DNA of 64,000 bases from Raillietiella orientalis (GCA_036172245.1 JAYWIR010000009.1:868001-932000); one strand, 5' to 3'. Shown: positions 13,470 through 25,800, counted from the stretch's first letter. Made by a program: numbers and translations. The notes: generated from the letters alone by a model not told the origin.

Positions 13470-13882
13470 CCGTATGTTGCATCGTTGCCATAGTGAGAGT
13501 CCGCCATGTACTTGGAGTCTGGTTCGTGGGGAACAGAGGCTACCAGCATGGCGACCGCCTTGATGAGGACTGCTGCAAGGTGGTCTCACGTGCCAGAAGT
13601 CATCAAGGAGATCGATCAGCAGCTTTTAGGAAGAAAAAAACTATTGAAACGAAAGACTCTGTCCCTACTCTCCATCTTTTTTGTTTACTTATTCTCCCTT
13701 CCCTCCGTCCCCTATCTTTTTAGAAGCCTGTCTGCGTACCAGTGGTCATCCTCAATGAATTTCTATTTTTTTTTGGGAGGGGAGAGGGGGGGGGTGCAAC
13801 TTTGGTATTGAGGAAACGCCGTTCCCCTCTGAGTTGTGATTTATGTTTTAAATTAATGTCTCGAATTCACCGGGTGAAAACC
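13470..13882 (+). mobile_element. Short diverged L1/Tx1-like 3' end fragment
   Basis: ATSMATALMRTAARWSHV resembles the family C-terminus ANVYAARFLRMATRWPHL. It is followed by a pyrimidine-rich 3'UTR and the degenerate terminal motif AATTAATGTCTCGAATTCACCGGGTGAAAA. Confidence 0.5.
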
Positions 13883-15849
13883 TTCCTTAATGGAAGACCC
13901 AGAAAACTGCGGTCAAAAATAAGTGTGATGCGGTTGTTGCTGATGGGAGGTTTAAGAGGATAACAAATCTTGAGGAGTTTCCAGGGGTACCAGTCTAATT
14001 CTGAAGACGAAGTGGAGCGTTTTTGTGGCTTGTAGATGTGTAGCAAAAAGTCTTACCGCTGCATGGAATTCATGAGATCTAAGATTCCTCACTTCGAAGA
14101 TCGGTAGGCTGTCCGCTGGACTCCCTTAGTCTTGCGCAGGGTGGTATGAAGTGCACATCGGGATTCGCACCTGAAGGATGCGTTCGGTGGACGCAGCGGT
14201 TCGAGGAAACTGGTAAGTTTCATCCACTGGTTCCTTTTACCACGCGAAGGGGGAAAGGGAGTTGTGGCATGAGAATCGAAAGTTCCCTAGGAAGTTGGTT
14301 CCCGTGTCACGTAACGAGGGTGAAACAGCGAGAGGAAAGGAAGCGACAATGAGTGGAGAAAGTCCATCAAGAGCAGAAGAGCGATAGGGAACGATACTAA
14401 GGATCCTATGATGAGGATGGTTGTTGAAGGGGCAGGTGGAAAATTCGAGAGACGTTCATCTGGATGTAAATCCTGGAAGACGTGGCATATCCGTAAAGGC
14501 TAAAGGTCATCAGAATTCCAGATTCCATTGGGCGTTTTCTTCGTGAAAGGTGCCACACGTGCGAGTGGGTTCAGCGAGCTGATGATGAGTCAGGTCATTC
14601 CTATGCAAGAGGATGAACCTCCTGTTCGAGTTCTTCGTTCGGGATGAGGGACTCGTGAAAGAGTTGCAATCAGCCGGACGGACGAGGTTCGTGATGCTGC
14701 CATGGAATGGCAATGGCTCGAAGGACGGGGATGAGGAAGACGATAGGTGACGGCGACGACGCGATGGACTGCGCAGATGATGGGCGGACCGAAAGGTCCG
14801 GAAGAGCGGCAGCGTTCCGGGGGGAGGGGAGAAATTGTATGTTGGGTTTCTCCGTTCTTGGCCTTCGAGCATGTCATCTGCGGAGGGAGGAAGGCGGGTT
14901 CCTCTGCGCTAGGTCTGAAGGTCACTGGCAGTGGAGGCAGGAGTGAGCTGGAGGGCTTGGAGAGGTGATCTGTCCTTGGGTCACTCCTGAGCTCGAGCTC
15001 TCACTCTTTTCCCGCAGAACAGTTCGCTCGTGGAACGATGAAGAATGGACCACGCGTTCCCAGGACCCCCCTTGGTCAGTAGTGGTCCGTATTCCCTTTC
15101 GGGTGGAGTCGCACAGGACGGTCCACAGGACGGAGGGGATAGGTTCCGGAAAAGGCTAGCACGGGCGCAGGCAGCGCAGGAACTCTCGCCTCTTGAGCTG
15201 AAGATCCGGAAAATCTCCTCGTCCTGGCAGAAAATTCCGTCGCCAAGGGGCGTAGCGTAGGCAACGGGTGTTGGCTGTTTGAGACGAGATGCGCCGTGAT
15301 GCACGATTTCTTGGGCTCAGAGCCCTCCGCTGCTGCACCGAACGCTCCAAGCATCAATGCGGGGTGTTCCCCCCCGCGCCGCCGCAAGAGAGAACTGCTC
15401 AGGAACAGGAGGGAGATTTTCCTTCGAAGAGAAGCGTGTTCCCGGAGGTGCTCATTGGCTCCGACGGCAGAGAGGAGCGCGGGAACATCTTGTGCGTGAC
15501 GACCTGGAGGAGTCCACACGTTCGAGAGTGATCAAGGGAGGGAAAGTCCTCCTATGAGGCGTCCCTCAGCTGGGCAGGGGACGTCCTTTCCAGAGTGGTC
15601 CATTCCTTGCCGCCAAGTGTTGTCGAGAGGTGGTCTTTTCCGGATGCGCCTGCGGGCGTCGCAGCGGCACTGTGATGGGGCGTGGTCGATGGCGGGAGCA
15701 ACCGTTTCCAGCGGCTGCAGCCGCGTGGGAAGGAACTGGGGCGGACCAGAGCTTCCTCAGGACTCCGCACCCTTTGACGGAAAGAAGTGTTTCAAAACGG
15801 TGAAAAGGAGGATAGGAGGGGGGGGGGGGGTGAGGGAGGAAGGAGAAAG

Positions 15850-15925
15850 AGAAGATGACGGTGATGAAGAAGAAGAAAATAATAATAACAAGATGATGAT
15901 GATGATGATGAAGAATAGAAGAAGG
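15850..15925 (+). repeat. Compound trinucleotide microsatellite (GAA)n(AAT)n(GAT)n
   Basis: gaagaagaagaaaataataataacaagatgatgatgatgatgatg. Confidence 0.85.
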
Positions 15926-16817
15926 TGACGAAGAAGGAGGAAAAGAGATGAAGAACTTTCTGCATCGGAAACTCTCCGTGGATGGAATCCGGGTGAAGAT
16001 TTCACGGAAACTGAAAAAAGTTCAGAGGAGAAACCTCGAACGAGAAAACGGAACAGGAGGTTCAGGTCGCGTTGCCCCTGGACTCACTCTGTGCAGCGTC
16101 AACTCCCGAAGTCCGAGGGGAAAGCTGCTGCCCTCCCCCCGGGGGATCACGCTTCGACTCAAAGTGCCTCGTCTTTTTCCATAGTCGGCGATTTGGTAAC
16201 CGGCCGGAAAGTTCTCGACGCTGGCTGCGAGAGAGGGGTTGGGGAGGAAGGGAATGCAGTTCCTCCTCCAGAGTGCAGGAGGGTTCAGAGTTCCTCATTC
16301 GCGGGAGAATGACCTTCGGACCGCGCGTACGGTCAACAAACCACTTTCTCGTCCCGTATTTCTTCGGGACGCTCACTTCAAACAAAAAAGCCAATTTGCG
16401 GGAAGAACTGGGAGACGGGGTGGACAGGAGGGCGCGTCTGGAAGCTCCGGTCCGCAGGGTCCGCTGAAGATTCGTGAGGAAGGGCGTAGGAAGAGAGTGA
16501 GAGGCAGACTTTGGACGGGAATTTCTGAGGGCGGGAACGGCGAAGCAGAAGGTCGGAGGAAAGGGAGCTTACGCTTCGCCCGCCCTATTCCTGAGCCTCC
16601 TGCCCTCCGGGAGGCGAGATAGATTCCCGAAGGCCCGAGACGTGCGGGGACGGGCGGAGGTTGACACCAGGTTCGAGCCACAGGCGCTTCCAGACTCCCT
16701 TGCATCCCAGTTTGGGCCCTCCATCACCCTCCTCGTCACCTTGAGCGTGAAGGCGACCACCACTGCTCGCACGTGACAGATCTCCGGCGAGAGGGAAGCC
16801 GGTGAGCCCCTTCCTGC

Positions 16818-19230
16818 ATTGAAAACCGGTTGCGCCGGGACGTTTATTCTTTCGAACAAACCTCTATAAACTGTGACTGGACCAGTAGTCCAGCCACGCC
16901 CTAGAAACTTTCAGCCTGCCAGGCTACCGGTGCGCAGACCGGCGCGGTCGACCTCGGCAGCAAATGGGAGGGGAATGAAACAAAAAGAAAACAAAAAAAG
17001 AAACAAAACTGGGGAGGGAAGGGGAAGGGATCACAGTCTGCTGGGAGGGTCCGTCATGCTCTGGAGGATGCCGGCAAGCTGTTTCTGCGTGTGTGGTTCC
17101 AGATGGGGCCATCGCGTCGCCATCCTGAGGAAACGGGCGGCATACACGTTGGCATCCCTGTCGCTGGATCCTCCCGTCGCTTTGCTCCATGCCACGACGA
17201 TCCCGCGTAGGCAGCACAGGGCTGCAAGCGAGGCCGCTGGAGGCAGGGCGTCACGGACGAAGAGGGGACGCAAAGCGTCTCTGGGGTTGCCTCTGGGGAT
17301 ACCCAGGGGCAACCCCAGAGGGCAAAGCGTTCCCACAAGGGACGGAGGGCAACACAATCCACTAACAGGTGGGGGAGGTATTCCCTCTCCCCGCACCTGA
17401 CACAGTTGGGGTTGACAAACCCCCGCGTCCAATGGTGTCGGTGGGTGTTGCAAGGGAGGCCCCAATGCAACACCAGGAGTGCCGACTGTTGCCACTTCAT
17501 GGGGAGGGTGCGCGAGTCCATGAGCACCGGGGGCCACTTGAGATGTTCCTCCGGAACATCCAGTAGCTCGCCCCAGCGCAAGAGTCCGTGTGGGGTGGTA
17601 CTCGGGGTCTCAGCGTTGGTCAGCTGGCCCGTTCTCCAATCCCCGATCTTCTGTTCCCTGTCGGCGATCTTGATGGTAACCTCCCATTGTGCCGCGACGT
17701 CGCTGCCCAGATGTTCCCGTAGGGTAGGCAGTACCGTAGCAAGGGAGGTTCTTTGTGCCCACGCTCTCCTTCGGGGATCCTCGATGATTTCTCGGAGCGT
17801 GCGGTGGGCATGCGGCCCGAAAAGAGCTATTCGCTCGTGTTGCGGGCTCTGCTCCTGAATCATCGCCCACGTGCGCACGGTTTCCTGCAGCCAGGCAGGA
17901 CCGTTCGCGGGGCGTACGAGGATCCGCGCCGAGTTGTTCTTCACGAGCTTTGCCGCCCTCCGAAGTTGAAGTCCGCAGTGGCAGATGGGGCTTCGGAGTG
18001 CAAAGTAGGACGAGAGTCCCGAGTTGCCGGTGGCCTGCTCGACGAGGAGACGTGCAGGGACGCACCAGGGGGTGCACCAGTTCTTTGCCATAAAGGCAAC
18101 TATCCGAAACTGGAGCTGAAGCTCCAGCCGCTCCAGCGTCAGGAGGCCCAGACCACCATCCCGACGCGGAGCGCACAAGTCCACAAGACGGACTCGGAGC
18201 CTCCCTCTCCCCCAAAGGGCGATCCTCAAGAGGTCCTCCGTCCTTTTTCTTAACTCCGCTGAGGGGGGACAAACAAAAAGCAAGGGGCGAAGGAGGGGGG
18301 CCGCAAACGCGTTCCACACCGCGGTCCGTTCCTGCAGGAGAAACCTGCCGTCCTGGAACGGGCCGGTCGCCGTCTGTACCTTCTGAAGGCAGCTGGACCA
18401 CTCATCCGCAGGGAGATAATCACCCAACGGCACACCGAGGTACTTGAAATACCTCACCGTGGGGATCTCCAAGCGGACCCAGTCCTGTTGCCCTGCCCAC
18501 GCCGCTCCGACTGGCATTACGGACGACTTCTCCCTGTTCACCGTTAGTCCTGTTCCCCGACTCAGCAGGTCGAAGAACTCCTCGACCGCCGAAGCCGGGG
18601 TAAGCCCCTTCCTGCAGGACAGGTCCTGGGAACCGGGCACTCTGAGCGATGCGCCCCCATCCCCCTGCCGCCTCCCGGACGCGTTCCAAAGGCGCGTGCG
18701 GGAGAATTTCGGCAGTTACGCGGCGTCCCCTTGAGGACGCGCGACTCCTCGGAAGAGCAGAGACGTTCTTGGTTTTCACGGAGGGAGCTCTCGGGTGGCG
18801 CCAGCACGGTGACAGCGCTACAGAGGCGAAGGAGGAAGGCCGCCGGGGAAGGCCCGGAGCTCCCCGTTTTCTCGGCCAGTTTCTGGTTTCCGGCGCCATT
18901 CGAAATTCCGCGGGACGATGCCTGCCGGAGCCGATCGGCTGCGCATCCGGTCGGAAGTTCTTCCTTCTATGAGTAACGACGCGCGACCGTTCGCTTCCTC
19001 CGCACGAAGCGGGGAAGCCGAGACCACGCGGCGTTCATCGAGGTCCCATAGCGCTGGTTCCATCTCGCGGCCGATGCGATAAGCAGGTGGGAATCTGACC
19101 AACTGGCATCGTCCCTTGGGTGACCTCAGTATCGGTCAAAGAAAAGCCACCCTGGGAACTGTTCAGCGTGCGAATTGGCCGACAGTCTTCGAAACTCAAG
19201 AGTGACCGCTTCTTACCTTGGAAGATCTTT
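16818..19230 (-). mobile_element. L1/Tx1-like non-LTR retrotransposon, decayed; largest copy
   Basis: ORF 17054-18640 has the RT C-terminal motifs GL.VNREKS, YFKYLGVPL and PRRDGGLGL, and a zf-RVT-type C..C...E...HLLVDC..LRPLW. The C-terminus is frameshifted into ORF 17031-17537. Remnants of CRPI and EVTQG lie at 19100-19200. There is no intact YADD. A T-rich 3'UTR ends in AATAAA. Confidence 0.88.
17279..17320. repeat. 19-bp inverted repeat with 4-nt loop inside the LINE ORF
   Basis: CTCTGGGGTTGCCTCTGGG / GATA / CCCAGGGGCAACCCCAGAG; 18 Watson-Crick pairs and one T-G. Confidence 0.9.
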
Positions 19231-19815
19231 GCCCGCGTCGGCGGCCGCGTGGATGAGGTCTCCGCTTCACGTGGCACCGAACGTCACGGGTTTGAATTCC
19301 ACCCGGGAGAAGCCGAGAACGGGGGGTGCGTGTCTCGGGTTTCGAGTCCCTCTTGAAGAATGATACCGGTTGGCCTGTAGGTTTCGGATGCGGCACCGGT
19401 GGAAGCCGGATGCCCCGTTGACTGCCCGGGATCGGAAGTTGAGCCTGTGGAGTCCTTCCGGGAAAACCAAGGAGGCAGTTCCCTTCGTCCCCCCCCCCTC
19501 TCGTCAGTTGTGCAAATGGAGCCGCCTATAGCGTACCATGGAACTGGTGGATTGATGATGCCTCTCCAGAGTGTCAAGAAGCGCGCTGCTCCCTTCGGAG
19601 AAATTGGGAAGAGTTTCTTCGGAGTTCTCTCCAGAGGAGGAGTAACAAGGAGAGGATCCTTTCCGGGATTTCCGGGTTCCCTTCGGGATTCGCTCCCAAG
19701 AGTGAGGGAGGGTCATACTCATTCCTCCAGAGCCTTCCTGGATCCATGGGGTGGTCCCTCCGGGGTTACCCCCCCCCCCCTGACTTGAAGAGTTGACACT
19801 CATTCCCAGGTGGCG
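19231..19815 (+). mobile_element. tRNA-derived SINE, copy 1 (3'-truncated or diverged), abutting the LINE
   Basis: A-box-like CGGCGGCCGCGTGG and B-box-like GGTTTGAATTCC. The body aligns to the 53.1-53.9 kb and 57.5-58.4 kb copies (GCCGAGAACGGGGGGTGCG, GGGTTTCGAGT, CCGTTGACTG, AGAAGCGCGCTGCTCC, CCTTCCTGGAT(C/T)CAT, GGTGGTCCCT). Confidence 0.75.
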
Positions 19816-22800
19816 TCCCTTCCTTTCAGAACTCGAGTTTCACGAGTTCTGGACTCTCTGGATGGGAAGCCGCGCCTCGCAAGGCATCCCCAGGAACAAG
19901 AATGTCCTTCTCTGCGCTCTTGCAGCTCCCGAGGAAGGACAACCACTCGCTCGTGGTGGAGGCAGACGAAACGGGTGCACCACCACGCTGCAGAGGTAGC
20001 AACTGGAAGGCGGCCGCGTCCTTGGTAGGTGAAACGGGAGCCGACGTGTTTCGGAGGGGGGAAGAAACACCTTCGCTCGCCGGTTTCCGGTTCCCGGGGG
20101 AACAAGGTCGGCGCCGACCGCGAAGATGGAACCGCAGGCTGAGACGGCTGGCATCGACGGAAGGCGCCGTCCCCACCCGCGCTGCTGCCGAGCGAAGGGG
20201 TTCCATCTCGGGGGGAAACGCGCGCCACCGCTCCCAGGGAAACGCGCGCGCCAGGAGGCGAATCCGCGGGAAAAATTCGAGCGGGAAGTGTCCGAGCACC
20301 ATCCCGCCGCTCGCAGCAATCCCCCGGCTTGCCCCACGGGCGTTCTCGCCCCCACCCGCCCCTTCCCCAGGGGCTGCAGGGCAGCACTTCGAGAAGCCGC
20401 GAATCAGCGAGCTCCACCCTTTCGCTCCCGCAAGGGGCAGCGCCACCACCGGCTCTGCTGAGCGGCCGCACGTGGAAGGAATGGTCCGCCGCTGTCAACA
20501 AGTCCCGAGCGGCCGATGCGTCCTCGACTTGACCTTGATAAGCTCCTGCTCCGACGAGTTTCCAAAACGATCCTCTTACGCGAAGACAGGCGCTGCTCCA
20601 TAATTTTCAAGTTCAATTCAGTACTCGGTCGTTTGTTTCGGGTGTCCACCGTAGCATGCGAAGATAAATGGAACGGATGCACAACCCCATACAATGTGTC
20701 TGCAATGAAACACGTTTAATGAAATTCCTGCTCCTGCGGAATGCTGCGAGAGTGATTTAAGCGGAAGCAGTGGTCTCGTGTCGAGCGAACCCAGCCGTAT
20801 TGGCCTTCAGCGGCACGGAGCACGGCGCCCCTGCTTCCACGTCGTGGCCACTTCTCGGGTGCTCGGGGCTGGGTTTGCGTTTAGGGATCCACGTGCCTTC
20901 GTCCCCCCGTCCCCCAGCACGGAACCCCGCCCCCTTGTGTCGGGAGCATCAGCGATCAGGGTGTCGCACTTGTCCGCCAAGAGAGGAAGAACTGCTGCGG
21001 ATTACTCAACCCAACCTAACCTGAATTCGGGTGATTTTTTCCCCGAAAATAATGATAATGATGAACGGGCGGTAATTTTCTCCAGCTTCAACCGCGGAGG
21101 CACTCGAGTCAGAGATACGCCTTGGGCAGCGAGAAGCACGATTCTGTTCTTCAGCTCTGTCCGCACGATCTGTCGGGAAGAGCCGTAGCCATTACAGAGA
21201 GAGCAAAAACCGACTGCCAATTCAGCGCTGCAGATGGGTACGTACAAAGAAGGTCACCTGCTTCCTCTTGTTTCCATATGGAGAGCAAATCTTCCGCCGA
21301 GCTACTCATTACTGGACATGCAGAGTACATTTGTCATGGCAAACATGTAGGCTGATCATTCTGAGGTCAGACTTGTCCTCGGCACGATGCACACGCAGCC
21401 GACGGTCCTATCATTACTTGCGTTGGATCCAACGATCCTCTGCCGACGCACGGTCAGGAACAACTCGTTCCTTGACCCACGAGCTATTCGGGGGGGTTCG
21501 AATTTCAATGACAAATCGAAATTTATTTGTGCTATTAAGGAAAATTGCCATCATTTTGCGCCAGTTCCTGAAGCATAATCTTTTCGAAACTGCTGCTGAC
21601 ATCATAATCAGTTTCGAGTGCAGGCAGAACTACCATCTGTACCACTTTCTATCAAGTCGTTCCCTCACGAATCACCGCAATTCTTCCGAAGGACGTCACT
21701 GCTCCATGTTGTTTCATTAATGGCCTCCGTTGCATAGAGATGGCTCGGCATTGCTTTCGCTGATTGTCACCCTATTTCATCTCGATGACATGACCAGAAC
21801 GAAATTTCGGGTTCAGACCTGAGGATCAAAAGTATGAATTTTGCTGAACGGACTTGGAAATCGACAACCCTTGCGACGATTGAACCTGCATCCAGACTTA
21901 TGGTACGAGAGTCCCTTACTTCCCAGGGGAACAGCGGCTGGGAACCTGCAGATGAAGGGTTTCTTTCTTTTTTTTTTTTTTTTCCTTCCCCCTGCTTCGA
22001 GCAGTCAAGGCAACGGGATGTACGCTCCCTTACCAGTTTCTTCCCCTAAGCATCATGTTTCCAGCTCGTACGAAACATCGCTCGTGCCACGTCTTTGTGT
22101 ACTCGTCAAGCAATGCATTAGCCACTCGTCTGGCAAAACGGAACCACACACCCAGTGGTCATGCCGCTTTGGACGTGCCCCGAAAATGAATCCGATGACT
22201 TTGCTGAGAGCAAAGCGAGGAGCTATGGGAACCAGCGTGTGAACATGGATGCCCGTCCATCCTGGACGGGTGGGGCTCATCTGAGCACCTGAGGAGAACT
22301 CATCCTCGTGGGAAGTCTGAACTCTCTGAGCTCCATGCAGGATGAGAAATCACGGTCCGCAGGGGAAGGCTTTTTTTTTTTTTTTCTAAAAAAGACAGAC
22401 AATTTTTCGTTATCAAACTGTTATTTCATGTTGCTGCACAATCCGTTGGTGCCGAAATTTGTTGACCGAGTACATCAGTCTTATGAATGCATTGGTATAT
22501 TCATTATGAAGTACATATTTCCTCGCGTATGCAAGTACAAGAAAGTCCAAATGGCTGCCCGACGTCTACGAAGAGGGATTTCCCTCCTCACGGAGAAACG
22601 CCACTCAGGGGTTGCTGTTTGCTACTATGCGTGTCGTACGTGCACGTATTTGTTTAATACCTAAAAAAATGAATGGAACTCGTTTTTAATTTTGATACCT
22701 GAGTGCAGTCTGAAGGCAGGCTTGCCATTGAAGCTGAGCTTGAATTCCGATCGTAATGGACGTCTCTATGCTGAATGCGTACTGCCGAAAGTGGAAGGAG

Positions 22801-25800
22801 CCGTCGCTGCTTCACGGCGCCTCCCAGTTCTTCCTACGACGTGTGGTCCATCTGCATCAAAGGGCAAAAGCTGCTCGCTCCAGGATAGGGAGCAAGAGCG
22901 CCCCCGCAATAGCTGGGTCGGTGGAAGGAGCCACGAGCTTCAGGAACGTGGAACAAGTGGATCTCCCCACCACGCATGTGTGAGGACGCAAATCCGGGAA
23001 AATGCAAGACACGAAGGGGGGAGGGGAGGAACCAGGTGTTTACGAATCAGTGCTGGGACTCTCGAGGCTGTAAGACCTCTGGGAAACGGAGGCGCCGGCA
23101 TCAGGTTTCTTACATCAGGTGAAGATGCTTCTGCTCTTCGTGCTTCTGCTGGACCTGGAGGGCGCGAAAAAGGTGGGAAACGCGGAAGCCTCGTATCACG
23201 TGATCTTTCGGGATCCTTCTTGGGGTTGCTGCTTGCAGCTGCCCGTCAACTCGTCTGCAAAATCTTACAGTTTGCAATGTGATGCAGTAATCCCGTGCAT
23301 CGTGCATCCATGGTCACAATAAATTCTTGCACGAAATCCTGGTGCATTAACAGTTGGTGGCCGCTAATGCATCTCTCCCGTCGGAAAGTGCAGAAAACCA
23401 GAAGAAGGTATGCCGGTCGCCAGGTGACATGAAGGAGCTTTGAAAGTAACTTCTGTAGAAGGGAAGCCGATCCGGTGTCAAGCTGGAGTCGCATTCTCTG
23501 GTTGCGTGGACCCAAAAGACTGATGCAAACTGATGGGAGTCCACGAGAGATCCTACGAATGTGCATCAAGCAAAAGATTACAGGCAAACCCAAATAGTGT
23601 TTGTGTTTTGTACACTCCGAAACTTGCAAATTGTGGAATCTTCGAGGTTCGAGTGTTTCAGCGTGTTGGAACGCAATGACCTACCTAATAGTCTGGCAAA
23701 ACAAGCGGCACGACCCAAACGCCCGAAAAGACGGAATTTTGCTCGAAATTCCCGGACCGCAGCATAAAGTAAAATGCCAAGAATGAAAATTTCAAGCAAA
23801 AAAAAGGAAAAAAACGATCTGTCTGGAAGGCAGATCGGGCTGAACCTTCAGGCGATGCAGGCTGTGATGCAGGGATGTGTGTTCCTCCTGGTTCATGTTC
23901 AGAGTGAGTGTTACAGCGTGTGTGTTCCAAGCGAAGAAAAGAAGCCGAATGAGGGGAGGCCTGAGGAAACTTCCAAAACGATCTGCGTACTCGCCTGCTC
24001 TTTTGATTTTGGTACAACTTCCAAATTATTAGCTGCCTTCTTGCTGCTCGTGCTCAAGGATTTGAGTGTCGCTTTTGAAAGATGATGGACCACTTTGTGA
24101 TCATCTGAAATAGAATGCTCTAGATTGACAGGGGAGGTAAGCTTGTTTGACAGATCGCTTCCAAAGCTGTTCCCAGTTTTTTGGTGGCTTCAGGTCAGTC
24201 TGGCATGGAGAACGGAAACTGCTTTGTCTGCAAGAGTGCAGCAGTCAGTACGCCGGTCAGATTTTTCATCAGCTGAAAGGGAAATTTTCGACAGTTTGGT
24301 TCGTTGGTTCTGATGAATCTTCCTGGCGTAATCGAAGCTGGAGAAGTCATTTATCATGCTGGGTCATGTGGATCTAACAAGTGAAATGAAGAAGTAGCCT
24401 TTTATTCATTGCATTTCCGGAGAAAGAGGAAAGAGACTGCGGCAAAAAGATTTTGTGCTGTGTTCAGCGTCTGCCACCACATGATGCTGACATGCACAGC
24501 GCTTGGAAACAAGGAGACCGATCCCGTATTAATTCACCTAAGCTTAGATATTTAAACTGTCCACGATCAGCACGTTCCACTCCGGATTTTCCTTTCTGGA
24601 ACTTTGTGCGGGGTGCCTCTTCCGATTAATGCTTACTGCAGCGGTTGTAACCAATCAGAATGATCGCAGAAAGGAGCAACAGGAAGCACTCTCACTGTGA
24701 CAACACTGAACCCAAAGCAAAACACGCCGTTCTACACGGAAAGCATTGACAAGAGCCCCCTTACGGGAAACATGCATGCACCTCTGGAATACCTGGTGAG
24801 GAATTGCACTGCTGCTTGCGAATATCAGGACCCCTGCCCTGCTGTCACCCAAGCAAAGCGAATCTGCCCGATACATCCCGCTTTGATTAAGGATCGTCAC
24901 GGCATGAATGTTCCCTGCCGCCCATCCCAGGCAGTGTCTGGGCGAAAACGTGAGGGGTTGAAGCAACCCTTTTATTGTGGGATGGAGTGCGTACCCGAAA
25001 TGCGGGGAGGGGAAGGAGCAAGCGGGTGGTTGCTGCCACCCGTCCTCTCCACCCCATCCAGGGGAGTCTCGGAAAAAGTTTTCCATCCACAGTGGCAACC
25101 ATCATTCCCCGGAGACGAAGGGGGAGGGCTGAAAGGACAGCGGCGCCTGGAGTCTCTCCCTCTCCAATCTCGAGAATTTTTTACCCCGGTGGGCTCGCCC
25201 TGGCGATCCGCACCGCCGAATGTGGACCACAACATCTACGCCTACGGGGGAAGCGGCGTGCGTTGCCGCCTTCGCCGCTCTCGGATCTCTCCCCCCGAGA
25301 ACCGGAGGAACCGGGAGACGAGCAAGGGGATGAACAGCCCTTTCTTCCGGGGAAGGGTCGGTCCCGGTTCTGCTATGGGAGAAGGGGTGTCGACCCTTCC
25401 CACAAAAGCTGGAGGGCTTCTCTGGGAAGGGAGCTGATAGGATGTAGAGTGACCCTCCTCATTCAAGGATGCTGCAATAGGAGGAGGGAGACGAAGTCGG
25501 TCTTGTCCCCACTCGGGATCATCTTCGGGGATCAAAGTGACTTCTGCGGAGTCTTCAGCGTGGGGTAAGAGTCCGTGCCCTGCGTTTCGATGCCCGGATT
25601 GAGGGAGGAGGAGGGTCGGACATTCCCACTGGAGTGCTTTTTCGACTTTGGACGATTCCATTCTTCCGAGCTGCGCTCCTGCCCGCAGGGAGAAGGGACC
25701 CTGCCGCCCCCTCGTTCCCGGACTCGACTGTGCGGGTTGTGGGACGAATCGCGTTCCCGATTCCGCCTCGTTCATCACCTCGCCGTCCAGGTGGCGGGAG

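Noticed and set aside
17054..18640. Active or domesticated reverse transcriptase gene
   Set aside because: The YADD region is degenerate, much of the RT core is deleted, the C-terminus is frameshifted and a SINE lies immediately upstream.
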